Positions 38,094 through 48,524 of a DNA stretch of 64,000 nucleotides are shown piece after piece (the stretch's first letter is position 1; every line of letters starts with the position of its first letter). Where the stretch lies: positions 14,908 to 78,907 of the forward strand of contig QQUA01000010.1 in assembly GCA_008501825.1 (NCBI GenBank). Direction: 5' to 3'. Both the position numbers and the translations under genes were made by a program. The notes beneath the pieces were generated by a model. It was not told the DNA's origin, searched no databases, and worked only from the letters and a program-made list of their open reading frames with translations. The stretch comes from Planctomycetota bacterium (GTDB lineage Bacteria; Planctomycetota; UBA1135).

Positions 38094-38108
38094 ATCGATC
38101 AGGAAACG

Positions 38109-38585
38109 CTATGGCTCGCCGAGGTCCGTTAATGCGTCTGTTGGACGTTTATTGTTTGAGGTTCTTTTGTATGCGCGGCGCTGTTTGACTAAAGAAACCA
38201 TCGCTGTGGTGAGCAGGCAGGGGATACCCATTAAAACTCCCAAGATGACTGCGGCTCGAAGGGTGGCTTCGGTAGCCGTGCCGTAATGGGCAAGTATGGC
38301 TTGATCGGTGATCGGCCAATGTCCCCGATGAACTTGGGTTAGAGCTACTTTTGCCACTGCAACTCCCACAGCGATGCTGCTGCCGCAAAAGGAAATCAAC
38401 AGTGGTCGCCTCGGTGCGGCGAGAGAACAGGCTATACCCAAAATCAGGCCGGCCAAGGCTGGCCACGCGGCATGCGTATAGGTTCCCATCATGCCCACTC
38501 CGACCCAGTAACCGGCCATCAAGCCTAAGCCCACTGCGACCAACCATCCTCTAGCTTGATTTTGATGTCCTCTACGACTGTTCAT
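38109..38585 (-). CDS. Hypothetical membrane protein (about 4 TM)
   Basis: Hydrophobic segments; start uncertain. Confidence 0.6.
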   Translation of the reverse strand: MNSRRGHQNQARGWLVAVGLGLMAGYWVGVGMMGTYTHAAWPALAGLILGIACSLAAPRRPLLISFCGSSIAVGVAVAKVALTQVHRGHWPITDQAILAHYGTATEATLRAAVILGVLMGIPCLLTTAMVSLVKQRRAYKRTSNNKRPTDALTDLGEP

Positions 38586-38720
38586 GCCGTCACACCATCT
38601 ATTCCTGACGCCGCCTGACACCGAAAGGGGCTCTGCGATTTTACCCGCCAAGAGCGCCTTCACCGGGTCGGTTTCCGTAACCCGCCTCATCCCATGAAAG
38701 GGCCCTTGAGAAACTCTTTC

Positions 38721-39761
38721 TTAAGAAACTCGAATTTCTCGCAATACGCCGTCGACGATTTCAGCGCAGCGTCGCCATGGAAAGCGGCTTGCTTGGGCCA
38801 AGAGCTCGTTGGCGGAAGGAGGATGACTTTGCATGGCCTGCCATTGGCGGCGAAAGTCTTGTTCGCTTCCAGCTTGAAAATACCGAGCTGCCTCGCCTCC
38901 GACTTCTCGATGGGGCGGCAAATCGCTGGCTAACACCGGGCAGCCTTGCGCCATGGCTTCGGCCAGGGGCAAACCGAAGCCCTCATAAGTGGATGGGCAC
39001 AGGGTGGCGGCGGCCCTTCGGTACAACTCGCCCAGTTCCGTATCGGAGGCGGAGCGGACTTCAACGCCAGGAGGCAGTTGGTCGGATACCCGGCCCACCA
39101 AAACCAGGGGTGGGGGCCCGGGCAAGCCGCTCCAGGCTTGCAACAACCAGCGCAAATTCTTGCGCCGGCTCCAGGGGCCCACAGCCAACAGGAAGTCCTC
39201 CCGTGCCGGACTTTCCATGGCCACTGGAAAGTGATCGCAGCCGTTGGGGCTCAGGACCACCCGACTGTGGGGAAACCGGCGGCGCACGGCGGCGGCGGTG
39301 AACTCAGACGGCGCAAGGATGGCCGCCGCCTTCGCCGCGGCCTTGGGAATCACTCGCTTGGTCCACCATTTCCGGCCCAAAGACAGGCTCTCGGGCCTGT
39401 CCCACGCGCGCAGGTCGTGAATCATCAAGGCAAAGGGCAGATCGACCGGAGCTGGCGGGGTTTCGGTCATGAAGACCGTGGCGCCTAAGCGACGGCCGTG
39501 GGCCGCCATGGCCGGCCGAGCCAGGGCGCTACGCAAAGGCCCGGGGTGAGCCGGGACGTCCAAAATCACGATTTCGACCCCAGGCAAATCCTTGAACAGC
39601 GTTTCCGCGCCGCGGTTTACGAACAGGATCGGCTGCCAACCCCGGGAAGCCAAACGCGGCAGCAAGCAGTGAGTCCGGCGGGCGGCTCCGGTCATCACCG
39701 GGTCGTAGGAGGTGCCGTCCACCGCCAAGCGGGCAGAGGAAAGGCCTGGCCGCAGTTTCAT
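38721..39761 (-). CDS. Glycosyltransferase family 4
   Basis: HDL, RKNL, PS.YEGFGLP..EAMA.G.PV. Confidence 0.92.
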   Translation of the reverse strand: MKLRPGLSSARLAVDGTSYDPVMTGAARRTHCLLPRLASRGWQPILFVNRGAETLFKDLPGVEIVILDVPAHPGPLRSALARPAMAAHGRRLGATVFMTETPPAPVDLPFALMIHDLRAWDRPESLSLGRKWWTKRVIPKAAAKAAAILAPSEFTAAAVRRRFPHSRVVLSPNGCDHFPVAMESPAREDFLLAVGPWSRRKNLRWLLQAWSGLPGPPPLVLVGRVSDQLPPGVEVRSASDTELGELYRRAAATLCPSTYEGFGLPLAEAMAQGCPVLASDLPPHREVGGEAARYFQAGSEQDFRRQWQAMQSHPPSANELLAQASRFPWRRCAEIVDGVLREIRVS

Positions 39762-40870
39762 GACACCAGTTCGGCCCAAAGCTCTTGCAGGCGATGGCAC
39801 GGCCCGTGTTCGGGAAAAGCCGCCGCCCGCTCTCGGCCCCGGCGAATCCAGCGCTCCCGTTGCTCCAGGCTGACCTTCAGGACGGCTTCGGCCACTTCCA
39901 AAGGCTTTTCAAAATCCACCAAAACGGCGCCGTCCCCAGCGACTTCCGGCAGGGCCGCCCTGCGGTTGGCGATGACCGGGACACCGGCGGCCATCGCCTC
40001 CAAAATCGGAATGCCGAAGCCTTCGGATTCACTTGGCATCAAGAACACGTCGGCTCCGGCGTAAATCGCCGGTAGGTCTGATTCGGCGACGTAGCCGGGA
40101 AGGTGCAGGCGGTCCTGCAAACCCAAGCGCATGGCCAAATCCCGGCTTTCCAGGAGTTGGCGATTGTGGGGGCCGGCCAACACCAGGTGATGCGGGCCGC
40201 CGGTTCGATCCAGCAGTACCCGAAAAGCCCGCACTGCGTGGGGAAGGCCCTTGCGCTTCAAAGCCCGTCCAACGGTGAGCAAATAAGGCGCTTGGGCCGG
40301 CAAGCCGTACCGTTCGGCCATGGCTTGGCGCCGAGCTTCGGCTTGGTGAAATCGGCTTTCTACACCGTGGTAAACGGTGCGGCATTTGTCCGCCGCTTGA
40401 GGGTGGCGAACCGAGAAATTTTGCCGGGTTCGATCACTGACGCAGACGATTCGATCCGCTGCCTTGGCCATCAAACTGGTGATCAAGCGACGCCGGTGCA
40501 AGTTGCCTTCGTCTTCCACTCCCCGGGTTTCCAACCAGGAAAGTTCGTGCAAGGTGGCGACTTTCGGTTTGTCCAGCAATAAAGGAATGGCTTGAACCGG
40601 CGAATACCAAAGATGGACGCCTTCTCGATTGGCGAATGGCGGCACCAGTCGTTCTCGCCACAGCAGCTTGGGGGCGTCGGCGGCCAATTCCACCATGCGG
40701 AACCAGTGCTTTTCAATCGAGGGCAATAGTTGAGGCCGTTTCGGAGCCACCAGTAAATAGTCGTGGCCGCCTGGATCCCGATCCAGGCACCGCAACAATT
40801 GCAACAACGCTTTTTCCACTCCGGTGGCGTAGGGCCGATCCAAAGGGGAAACGTCAATGGCGATGCGCAT
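39758..40870 (-). CDS. Glycosyltransferase family 4
   Basis: RKGL, PSESEGFGIPILEAMAAGVPV. Confidence 0.93.
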   Translation of the reverse strand: MRIAIDVSPLDRPYATGVEKALLQLLRCLDRDPGGHDYLLVAPKRPQLLPSIEKHWFRMVELAADAPKLLWRERLVPPFANREGVHLWYSPVQAIPLLLDKPKVATLHELSWLETRGVEDEGNLHRRRLITSLMAKAADRIVCVSDRTRQNFSVRHPQAADKCRTVYHGVESRFHQAEARRQAMAERYGLPAQAPYLLTVGRALKRKGLPHAVRAFRVLLDRTGGPHHLVLAGPHNRQLLESRDLAMRLGLQDRLHLPGYVAESDLPAIYAGADVFLMPSESEGFGIPILEAMAAGVPVIANRRAALPEVAGDGAVLVDFEKPLEVAEAVLKVSLEQRERWIRRGRERAAAFPEHGPCHRLQELWAELVS

Positions 40871-40906
40871 GCCTGGTTCTCCTCGAGCCGGCCGGAGCCG
40901 AGTGGA

Positions 40907-42022
40907 TTAAGCCACGGGGGTGGCGGCGAGGGAAGAAGCCTCTTGGTAAACCTGGAAAGTGGTTTCCGCCGCACCGTGCCAGGTGAATTCTTTCGATCGC
41001 AGGTGCAACACCGCCGCCGCTTGTTTGCGCCACCAATCTTCAGCCAGGATCCGTTCGATGCCTTCTTGGATCGAATCGATGTTGGCCGGATCGACCAGCA
41101 TGGCTCCCTTGCCGGCAACCCAAGCCGGAGCCGTACTTCGGCCGACGATGACCGGAATCTGGCAGGCCATGGCTTCCAAAACCGGGAGACCGAAGCCTTC
41201 GTGAAGGGAGGGGTACAGCAACGCCATGGCACCGCGATAAAGCTCCAGCAAATCGTGATCGCTGGCTTCCTTGACCCAACGGATGCGCTTGCGATGGCGG
41301 GATCGTTCCATCCGAGCGATGAAATCCTCGTATTCCCATCCGGGACTTCCGGCAATCACCCAATCCGGAGCTTCATTCTTGTCCCACAGGTTTTCCAAAG
41401 CCACCAAGGTGCGGCAATGGTTCTTGCGCGGTTCGATGGTGCCGACGGTTAGCAAATACGGCGCTGCGTCCTTTTCCTTGGCTTCGCCAGGTTGAAACAA
41501 CGGGTTGACCCCGTTGGGGACCACACGAACCTTGTTCGGATCCACGCCCATGAGTTCGGCGTCGCGGCGTCCGGTTTCCGATACCACGATGACCAAGTGA
41601 GCCTTGCTGATGGCGTTGCGCACCCGGTTCAGCAAGGTGGTGGTGTTCATGCCGTGAAAGTTCGGATCGACGGCGAAGGCGGCGTCGTGGAGGGTCAACA
41701 CCCGAGCGGCGTGGCGGACTTCCGGATAGACGTAATCGGTGTAGTGGAAAACGTCGATCTTGGCCGGAAAGCGTCCGGCGTCCAGGCCGGGCAGTTGATT
41801 GACCAAGTTCATGGCCCGAGCTGGCAACCATCCCCGGTGCAAGCGGGTCCGGCCGGGTTCCAGATCTTTGGGAATGTCCAAGCCGCCGCGCCAAGCCGGA
41901 GCGAACAACTCCAAAAAAGGCTGTTCCGGAAGCTTGCTGAGGGCTCCAGCCAACTCGCGGGCGTAGCGGCCGATGCCGGCGCGGTTGAACAGGGCGGGAC
42001 GAATGTCGAAGCCGACCTTCAT
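40907..42022 (-). CDS. Glycosyltransferase family 4
   Basis: VGTIEPRKN, PSLHEGFGLPVLEAMAC. Confidence 0.93.
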   Translation of the reverse strand: MKVGFDIRPALFNRAGIGRYARELAGALSKLPEQPFLELFAPAWRGGLDIPKDLEPGRTRLHRGWLPARAMNLVNQLPGLDAGRFPAKIDVFHYTDYVYPEVRHAARVLTLHDAAFAVDPNFHGMNTTTLLNRVRNAISKAHLVIVVSETGRRDAELMGVDPNKVRVVPNGVNPLFQPGEAKEKDAAPYLLTVGTIEPRKNHCRTLVALENLWDKNEAPDWVIAGSPGWEYEDFIARMERSRHRKRIRWVKEASDHDLLELYRGAMALLYPSLHEGFGLPVLEAMACQIPVIVGRSTAPAWVAGKGAMLVDPANIDSIQEGIERILAEDWWRKQAAAVLHLRSKEFTWHGAAETTFQVYQEASSLAATPVA

Positions 42023-42028
42023 GATGGT

Positions 42029-43273
42029 TTATCGTAACTTCGCTCGGGCTCCAAAGGTGACCACCAGTTCGCAAAGCAAGCGGGCGGTGGCGGCGCCGGC
42101 CAATCCCCACAGGGGAATCAAGCACAGGTTCAAAGTCACGTTCACCAGTAAGGCCAGGAAGGAAACTTGCAGACTCTCCTTGGCTTGACCCCGGGCGATC
42201 AGAGCGGTGATGAACACGCTGCCGCCGTAGGCGCACACCGACGCCCAGGCCAAGATTCGAAGGGCATCGACGGCGGCCAGGTAGGGCTCTCCGAACAGGG
42301 TCTGGAGGAACCAGGGAACCAGCGGCATGGAAAGGAGAGCGGCCGGGATCGCAAAGGCCAGCAACCGTTTCAGGAAGCGGCGCCGGGAGCGATGAAAGGC
42401 TTCCGGATCCCGGTCCGCCTGGGCCGCCATCGGCGGCATGGCCACCGCCAAGAAGTAGCTGGGCAGCAGCAAGGAAAGATTCAAAGCTCGGCTGGCCGGA
42501 GTGTAAAAGCCCGCCGCCGCAGGGCCGGCGAACCAGCGCAAAAGGAGTAGATCCAAACGTCCGTATGCCTCTCGAATCAATCCGCCCATGCCCAGGGTCA
42601 AACTTTCCCGGAGGAAGGATGGCTCGCTAACGGTGTCGCCGGTTTTTGGATAAGCCCGCAAGTATTTCTTTGCTCCAAACCAGATGCCCAAGTGAGCCAA
42701 GAACTTGCCGTACAAGCAAAGCGCAACGTAGACCAAAGGATCTTGACATCCTGAAGCGGTCAAGATCAGGACTCCAGCCACGGAAAGGGCGGAGCCAAGT
42801 AATCGGCATATCGACGGCCAGGCGAATTCCAAACGCAAATGAAAGACCACCCCGGCGGTGGCGGGAAGGCTTCCGAACAGGCTGAAGGCGCATAAGCCAA
42901 TCGGGAGTCCCCAAGTCACTTGAGGATCGATTGCCGCGTAAAGGAGAGCCAGAAGCGAAGTCAACAATCCGGTCCAGCCGCGGAAGCGATGGGCTTGGCG
43001 CAGGCTCGGAATCAAGCCTTGGGGATGGGCGGATGCCCGGCGCAACAAAGCCATGGAAGATCCACCGTCGACCGCCACTTCCAGCAAAGCAAAGAGAAAT
43101 AAATAGCTGGCGAATAAGCCGACCCCTTCCGGACTGAGCTCGTGGGTCAGGAGAAGGACGGTGATAAAGGCACTGGCGGCGTGGCCGAGTCGGCCCACCG
43201 TTTGGAATCCGATTCCCCAAGCGAAACGATGGGGGGTGGCCTCCGGAACCTGGGGAGCGGAGGATTCGGCCAC
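42029..43273 (-). CDS. Oligosaccharide flippase (Wzx/MOP family)
   Basis: About 12 TM segments; LNLCLIP.WG..GAA.A; adjacent to the glycosyltransferases. Confidence 0.85.
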   Translation of the reverse strand: MAESSAPQVPEATPHRFAWGIGFQTVGRLGHAASAFITVLLLTHELSPEGVGLFASYLFLFALLEVAVDGGSSMALLRRASAHPQGLIPSLRQAHRFRGWTGLLTSLLALLYAAIDPQVTWGLPIGLCAFSLFGSLPATAGVVFHLRLEFAWPSICRLLGSALSVAGVLILTASGCQDPLVYVALCLYGKFLAHLGIWFGAKKYLRAYPKTGDTVSEPSFLRESLTLGMGGLIREAYGRLDLLLLRWFAGPAAAGFYTPASRALNLSLLLPSYFLAVAMPPMAAQADRDPEAFHRSRRRFLKRLLAFAIPAALLSMPLVPWFLQTLFGEPYLAAVDALRILAWASVCAYGGSVFITALIARGQAKESLQVSFLALLVNVTLNLCLIPLWGLAGAATARLLCELVVTFGARAKLR

Positions 43274-43289
43274 CTTTGATTTCTCCCGG

Positions 43290-44327
43290 TCAGGAATTTC
43301 CAGCTAGGATCCGACGCAGGTTGGTCGCCACGGCTTGGCTAAAGGCCTCGGTTCCCAATTCTCCGCCTAGATCGCGGGTGGTTCGACCGGAGGCAATGGT
43401 TTCCCGAACCGCTTTGTTCAAAGCCTTGCCGACGCCGCGATAACCCTTGTGATTGAGCAGCATGGAGAAAGCCCACAAGGCGGCGGAAGGGTTGCACAAA
43501 TCCTGACCGGCAATATCCGGCGCGGTGCCGCCGGCCGGATCGAACATGGCCAATTGCACGTCGCCCCGACGGTTGAATGCATAAGAAGCGCTGGCCCCCA
43601 AGCCGATGCTGCCGACGATGCCGCAGGCTGCATCGCTGACGAAGTCTCCATACTCGTTGGGAGTGACAATGACCCGATAGTCCTCGGGTCGCATGATCAA
43701 CTTGGCCAGCAGGGCGTCGAACAACTCGGCGTGGTGAGGTACCCCTTCGTATTCGGCCGCCACCTCGGCCACCACTTCTTCGAAGAGGCCGTCGGTCGCT
43801 CGTTGAATGGTGTACTTCGAGGTGCTCACTACCTCGACCCCCAAACGCCTGGCCAATTGAAAGGCGAAATGGGCGGCGTGCCGGGAAGGTTTGCGTTCGA
43901 TTACGCGTACGGAAACCGCCGCTTCGCTGCCGATGCGTCGGCCGGCGTCTTCATAGGTGCCGCCGACGGCGATGCGGACGATGTGGACGTCCACGGTTCC
44001 CTGGTGTCGAGTGGCGACGCCGGGAATGGTGGCCACCGGCCGGTGGATCACGCTGAAATCCAAGCGCTCGCGCAGCACCTTGTTCGGGCTTTCCGCTTCG
44101 GTAACGGTGGGGTATTTCAAGGCCACGCCCAAGTGGCGAATGGCGTCCTCCGCCTCTTGATAGGCACCTTCCGGATCTTCGCGGCGCCGCTCCAGGCTCA
44201 AATCCACCGGCGAGAAGCAGACGTCTATCGGCAATGCCTCGGCAATCGCGTGGACAGAAGCGGAAAGTTCCGCGGAGATGCCGTCGCCCAAGTATTCGGC
44301 GAGGTCCAGTGTTTCGTTGGCGGCCAT
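43290..44327 (-). CDS. Isocitrate/isopropylmalate dehydrogenase family protein
   Basis: GDGIS.E, N.YGD..SD, GTAPDIAG…NPSA, T.DLGG…T. Confidence 0.9.
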   Translation of the reverse strand: MAANETLDLAEYLGDGISAELSASVHAIAEALPIDVCFSPVDLSLERRREDPEGAYQEAEDAIRHLGVALKYPTVTEAESPNKVLRERLDFSVIHRPVATIPGVATRHQGTVDVHIVRIAVGGTYEDAGRRIGSEAAVSVRVIERKPSRHAAHFAFQLARRLGVEVVSTSKYTIQRATDGLFEEVVAEVAAEYEGVPHHAELFDALLAKLIMRPEDYRVIVTPNEYGDFVSDAACGIVGSIGLGASASYAFNRRGDVQLAMFDPAGGTAPDIAGQDLCNPSAALWAFSMLLNHKGYRGVGKALNKAVRETIASGRTTRDLGGELGTEAFSQAVATNLRRILAGNS

Positions 44328-44485
44328 GGAAGCGTGTTCAGCTTTCAGGAAGCCGGGAATTCTACCTGGGGTGGGCTGTGGCTGAAAGTCAGGGGGACAG
44401 GTGGCATATTTCATGTTTTGAGGCCGCTTTGCCGATAGAAAGCCACCTCCCGGTTCCCCGGGAAAGATGCGGTTGGAAAGGAATC

Positions 44486-45709
44486 ATGTTGTCGTGGAGA
44501 TCGCAATGGCTCCCGGCTGCAGGGCTCAGCGTCTTTATGTCGCTGTTTGCGGCCCAGGCGGTTGGACAAGAATCGGAGGACTTTTCCGGTGCGCCGCTGA
44601 GTTTCGGCATGTCGACGGCTCTGAGTGGGCCGGCCGCCGATCTTGGAAGGCAAATGCGGGCCGGTTTGTTGGCGGCCTTTGCCGAACGCAATGTCCAGGG
44701 AGGTTGGCAAGGTCGCGAACTCCGACTCACGGCCTTGGACGACGGCTATGAACCGAAACTGACCGTACCCAACATGCGGGCCTTGGTCGCCGATGCCGAG
44801 TTGTTGGCGGTGGTGGGCAACGTCGGGACGCCGACCGCCGTCGCGGCATTGCCGATCGCCCGGCGGGCGCAAATCCCCTTTATTGGCGCTTTCTCCGGGG
44901 CGGGAGTGTTGCGGAAACAACCTCCCGAGCCTTTGGTTTTGAACTACCGCGCCAGCTATGCCGAGGAAACCGCCGCCATGGTGGAGGCCTTGTTGAACTT
45001 TGGAGGATGTCGTCCTGAGGAGATTGCCTTTTTTACCCAACGGGACGCTTTTGGAGATGCTGGCTTTCACGGCGGATTGGCCGCCTTGCGAGCCCACGGT
45101 TTGAGTGAAGGTTTTTGGGTCGCTCATGGAAGGTACGAGCGCAACACCGAGGCGGTGGAAAACGGTTTGGCCGACATTTTGTTGGCTCCGGTCACTCCCA
45201 AAGCGGTGATCTTGGTCGGCACCTATGCTCCGTGCGCCAGGTTTATTCGGCTGGCCAGAGAATCAGGCTTGCAAGCCCATTTTCTGAACGTTTCCTTCGT
45301 CGGAGCGAACTCTTTGTCCAGGGCTCTCGGATCCCAGGGAAACGGCGTCATCGTGACCCAAGTCGTTCCTCATTACCGGAGTCAAATTCCGGCGGTTCAG
45401 GCCTATCGGAGTGCCATGAAAAGGCATCAACCGGATCAGGCCTTAGGTTTCGTATCTTTGGAAGGTTATTTGGTCGGTCGCCTGCTGATTGCGGGATTGG
45501 AAAATCATTCCGAAGCTGAAATCACTCGAAAGCAACTTGTGGTTGCTTTGGAATCCCTGGGAAAATTTGATCTTGGATTGGGGATTCCACTATGCCTAAG
45601 CGCCAAGGACCACCAAGCTTGCCATGAAATTTGGCCGACCGTGCTGAGCAACGGCCAAGTCGAACCCATGGATTGGCAGGATTTGCAAGACCGGGATTTT
45701 CATGAATGA
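44486..45709 (+). CDS. Periplasmic binding protein (LIV / Peripla_BP_6 type)
   Basis: LSGPAA.LG, GG..GR…LDDGYEP, GNVGTPT, RASY..E. Confidence 0.88.
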   Translation: MLSWRSQWLPAAGLSVFMSLFAAQAVGQESEDFSGAPLSFGMSTALSGPAADLGRQMRAGLLAAFAERNVQGGWQGRELRLTALDDGYEPKLTVPNMRALVADAELLAVVGNVGTPTAVAALPIARRAQIPFIGAFSGAGVLRKQPPEPLVLNYRASYAEETAAMVEALLNFGGCRPEEIAFFTQRDAFGDAGFHGGLAALRAHGLSEGFWVAHGRYERNTEAVENGLADILLAPVTPKAVILVGTYAPCARFIRLARESGLQAHFLNVSFVGANSLSRALGSQGNGVIVTQVVPHYRSQIPAVQAYRSAMKRHQPDQALGFVSLEGYLVGRLLIAGLENHSEAEITRKQLVVALESLGKFDLGLGIPLCLSAKDHQACHEIWPTVLSNGQVEPMDWQDLQDRDFHE

Positions 45710-48524
45710 CACCATTAGCCGGTCCACTCGGGAAGCGCGACGGGTTTCCCGTTTGGTTTGGTTGCTTGCCGGGGTCGGGGGGCTGGCCGGGGCGGTTATT
45801 TTGGGGCTGGTTCATACCCTTTCCGGCGAAATGGACCAGGAGCGAATTCGGCTTGGCGAGCTGGAGTTGAATTACACTTGGAACTCCAATCAAATCCACC
45901 AGGACTTAAACCGCAGTCACCAGAGAATTGAGCATCTATTGGCTGGAAAGTCCGATCCTGAACCGGTGGATTGGGAAGCTACATTGTCGGGTTTGGTGAT
46001 TTACCATCAAGGTAGAGAGGAGAAGATTTGTGAATGTCCGGTTCTACATACCTTTTTAAGTCTTGGCCGGCAACTCTCCAAAGTGGAAGAAAGGGCGGAA
46101 ACCTGGCAGCGAACCTTTGCCGCGTTGGACGGATCGTTCCAACAGCGGGAAGAAGATTTTGACCGGTCTTTGAAGCAAGTTATGGTTGCGGTAGAGAAAG
46201 CCCAAGGCGGCCAGCGGCTGCAACTTGGGCGCGAACTATTGGCGTTGCGTCGCATGCCGGCGGAGGAAGCCGCCCTGCAAGCTCTGAAGATGTTAAGAAA
46301 TCAAGGAGGAAGCGCCGACTTCTCTCAAATCCGAGCGGAATTGTTGGAAATATCCCAATTAACGAGAGATTTGCTGGCCACCAAAGATCCCGATCGCTTG
46401 GTAGATATCAAAGACAATCATTTCCAGCAAAGTCTGGTAAGGCTTCAGCATCAAGTCGATCAAGCTCGACGGATGGATCCTCAAGCGATTCCGGAAGACG
46501 TTTTGAAGCCGTTGCAGATGGCTTTGTTCGGCCATGTCGAAGCCACCGACCGGAAGCTTCCGGAAGCACCGGAAGAAAAGGTAGGCCTTTATCACCTGCA
46601 GGGAAAGCGCCTTGAACTAATCAGGGAGAATGTGGCGCTGGATGCAGAGATAAACCAAACTTTTCTAGACTTCCATCGGGCCAAAATGGAGGTGGAAGAA
46701 CACCATCGGCTCCAAGCTGCCGGCCATCAACGCCGAGTGGATCGTTTGGTAAAGCAAGCGAGAATCGGGACCGGGCTGGTCGGCATCATCGCGTTGGGGT
46801 GTTTTTTGCTGCTTGCCAATCGAGTCAGCAAATCTTTGCGCAAGCAGATCGAACATCTTCGCAATGCCAATGAGGCGATGAACGAGGCCAGATTGGAAGC
46901 CCAATCTTCCAGTAAAGCGAAAAGTGAGTTCTTGGCTAATATGAGTCATGAGATTCGGACGCCGTTAAACGGCGTCATCGGCATGACCAGCTTGTTGTCC
47001 GATACTAAGTTGAATCTCGATCAAAAGGAATTCGTTCGGACCATTCAGAATTCCGGGGAGACGTTGCTATCGTTGATCAACGATATCCTGGATTTCTCCA
47101 AGATCGAGGCCGGCAAGATGGAGCTGGACGAGGTGGATTTCCAGCCGGCGAGCCTGGTGGAAGAATCCATGGAATTGGTCGCCGCTGCGGCTCACGACAA
47201 GGGCGTTGAGTTGATTATGGATTTGCCAAGCGAATTGCCGATGTTTTTGTTCGGTGACCCAGTCAGGATTCGTCAAATCTTGATTAATTTATTGAGCAAT
47301 GCCGTGAAGTTTACCCATGAAGGAGAGATTGTAGTTCGGGTGCGATTCTTTTCGACTTCCGACCAGCGGATCGGTCTGCGAATGGAAGTGCAGGACACCG
47401 GTATCGGAATCCCGGCTGCGGCCCAGAAGCGCTTGTTCCATGCCTTTACACAAGCTGACGGCTCTACTACCCGGCAGTATGGTGGCACCGGCTTGGGTTT
47501 GACCATTTGCAAGCGCCTTGCCGAAATGATGGATGGCGACATTGGATTTCGAAGCAAAGAGGGTAAAGGCTCTCGCTTCTTCTTTACCGTTAGGGTGAAG
47601 CCGGCTCGCCGCGCCAAGGCGATTGCCCTCCCGACGCAAAAGGGATTGCTGGACGGCATGCGTGTCCTATGCGTGGACGACAACGAAACCAACCGCAAGA
47701 TTTTGTTGCGGCAGACCAAGAAGTGGCGCATGGACGCCTCCTTGGCTGAAGGAGGGCAACAGGCTCTAAAAGCCTTGCATGAAGCCAATGACCATGGAAA
47801 GCCTTTCGAGATCGTACTTTTGGACATGAACATGCCGGGTATGGACGGCTTGGAGTTGGCCAATCGGATTCGGCAGGACCCGAACATTCAAGAGCCACTG
47901 CTGTTGTTGCTGACTTCCATGGACACGGTCACCCATGCCATGGCCGAGGAACATGGCATCGCCACCTTGCTGAGGAAACCGATTCGGCCCTCCCTCCTTT
48001 TGGATTCTCTAGTGGAATTGACCCATGGCGTCCATCTGGAAAACCTAATCGAAGTCCTGCCTTCTTCCGAGACCGGCTCTTCATCGAAAGAAAATGCTTT
48101 GCACGGCTTGAAGGTCCTTTTGGTGGAAGACAATGCGGTTAACCAAAAGGTGGCTTTGCGGATGCTGAGCCGTTTGGGTTGCCAATCGGAATTGGCTGAA
48201 GACGGCCGCCGGGCGGTGGAGAAAATCGCTTCCGGATCCTTCGACGTGGTTCTGATGGATTGTCAGATGCCGATCATGGATGGCTATGAAGCCACTCGCT
48301 TGATTCGGCGCGCAGAAACTTCCGGTCCAGTTTTGCCGATCATTGCCATGACCGCTAATGCGATGAAGGGAGATCGGGAGAAGTGCCTGACCGCCGGGAT
48401 GAGCGATTATTTGGTGAAGCCGGTGGTGTTAGAAGCTCTGGAACGGCTGCTTTTGAAATACGCTCCGTCGACTCCTTCCGCCTCAAAGCGGATCGGCGTG
48501 GACGGTGACTCGGGATCGCGGTAA
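45702..48524 (+). CDS. Hybrid sensor histidine kinase with two receiver domains
   Basis: FLANMSHEIRTPLNG, NAVKFT, GGTGLGL, two REC domains; two TM helices. Confidence 0.95.
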   Translation: MNDTISRSTREARRVSRLVWLLAGVGGLAGAVILGLVHTLSGEMDQERIRLGELELNYTWNSNQIHQDLNRSHQRIEHLLAGKSDPEPVDWEATLSGLVIYHQGREEKICECPVLHTFLSLGRQLSKVEERAETWQRTFAALDGSFQQREEDFDRSLKQVMVAVEKAQGGQRLQLGRELLALRRMPAEEAALQALKMLRNQGGSADFSQIRAELLEISQLTRDLLATKDPDRLVDIKDNHFQQSLVRLQHQVDQARRMDPQAIPEDVLKPLQMALFGHVEATDRKLPEAPEEKVGLYHLQGKRLELIRENVALDAEINQTFLDFHRAKMEVEEHHRLQAAGHQRRVDRLVKQARIGTGLVGIIALGCFLLLANRVSKSLRKQIEHLRNANEAMNEARLEAQSSSKAKSEFLANMSHEIRTPLNGVIGMTSLLSDTKLNLDQKEFVRTIQNSGETLLSLINDILDFSKIEAGKMELDEVDFQPASLVEESMELVAAAAHDKGVELIMDLPSELPMFLFGDPVRIRQILINLLSNAVKFTHEGEIVVRVRFFSTSDQRIGLRMEVQDTGIGIPAAAQKRLFHAFTQADGSTTRQYGGTGLGLTICKRLAEMMDGDIGFRSKEGKGSRFFFTVRVKPARRAKAIALPTQKGLLDGMRVLCVDDNETNRKILLRQTKKWRMDASLAEGGQQALKALHEANDHGKPFEIVLLDMNMPGMDGLELANRIRQDPNIQEPLLLLLTSMDTVTHAMAEEHGIATLLRKPIRPSLLLDSLVELTHGVHLENLIEVLPSSETGSSSKENALHGLKVLLVEDNAVNQKVALRMLSRLGCQSELAEDGRRAVEKIASGSFDVVLMDCQMPIMDGYEATRLIRRAETSGPVLPIIAMTANAMKGDREKCLTAGMSDYLVKPVVLEALERLLLKYAPSTPSASKRIGVDGDSGSR

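Noticed and set aside
48483-48524. 42-bp convergent overlap between the kinase and CDF genes
   Set aside because: Short tail-to-tail overlaps are common; there is no sign of a special function.
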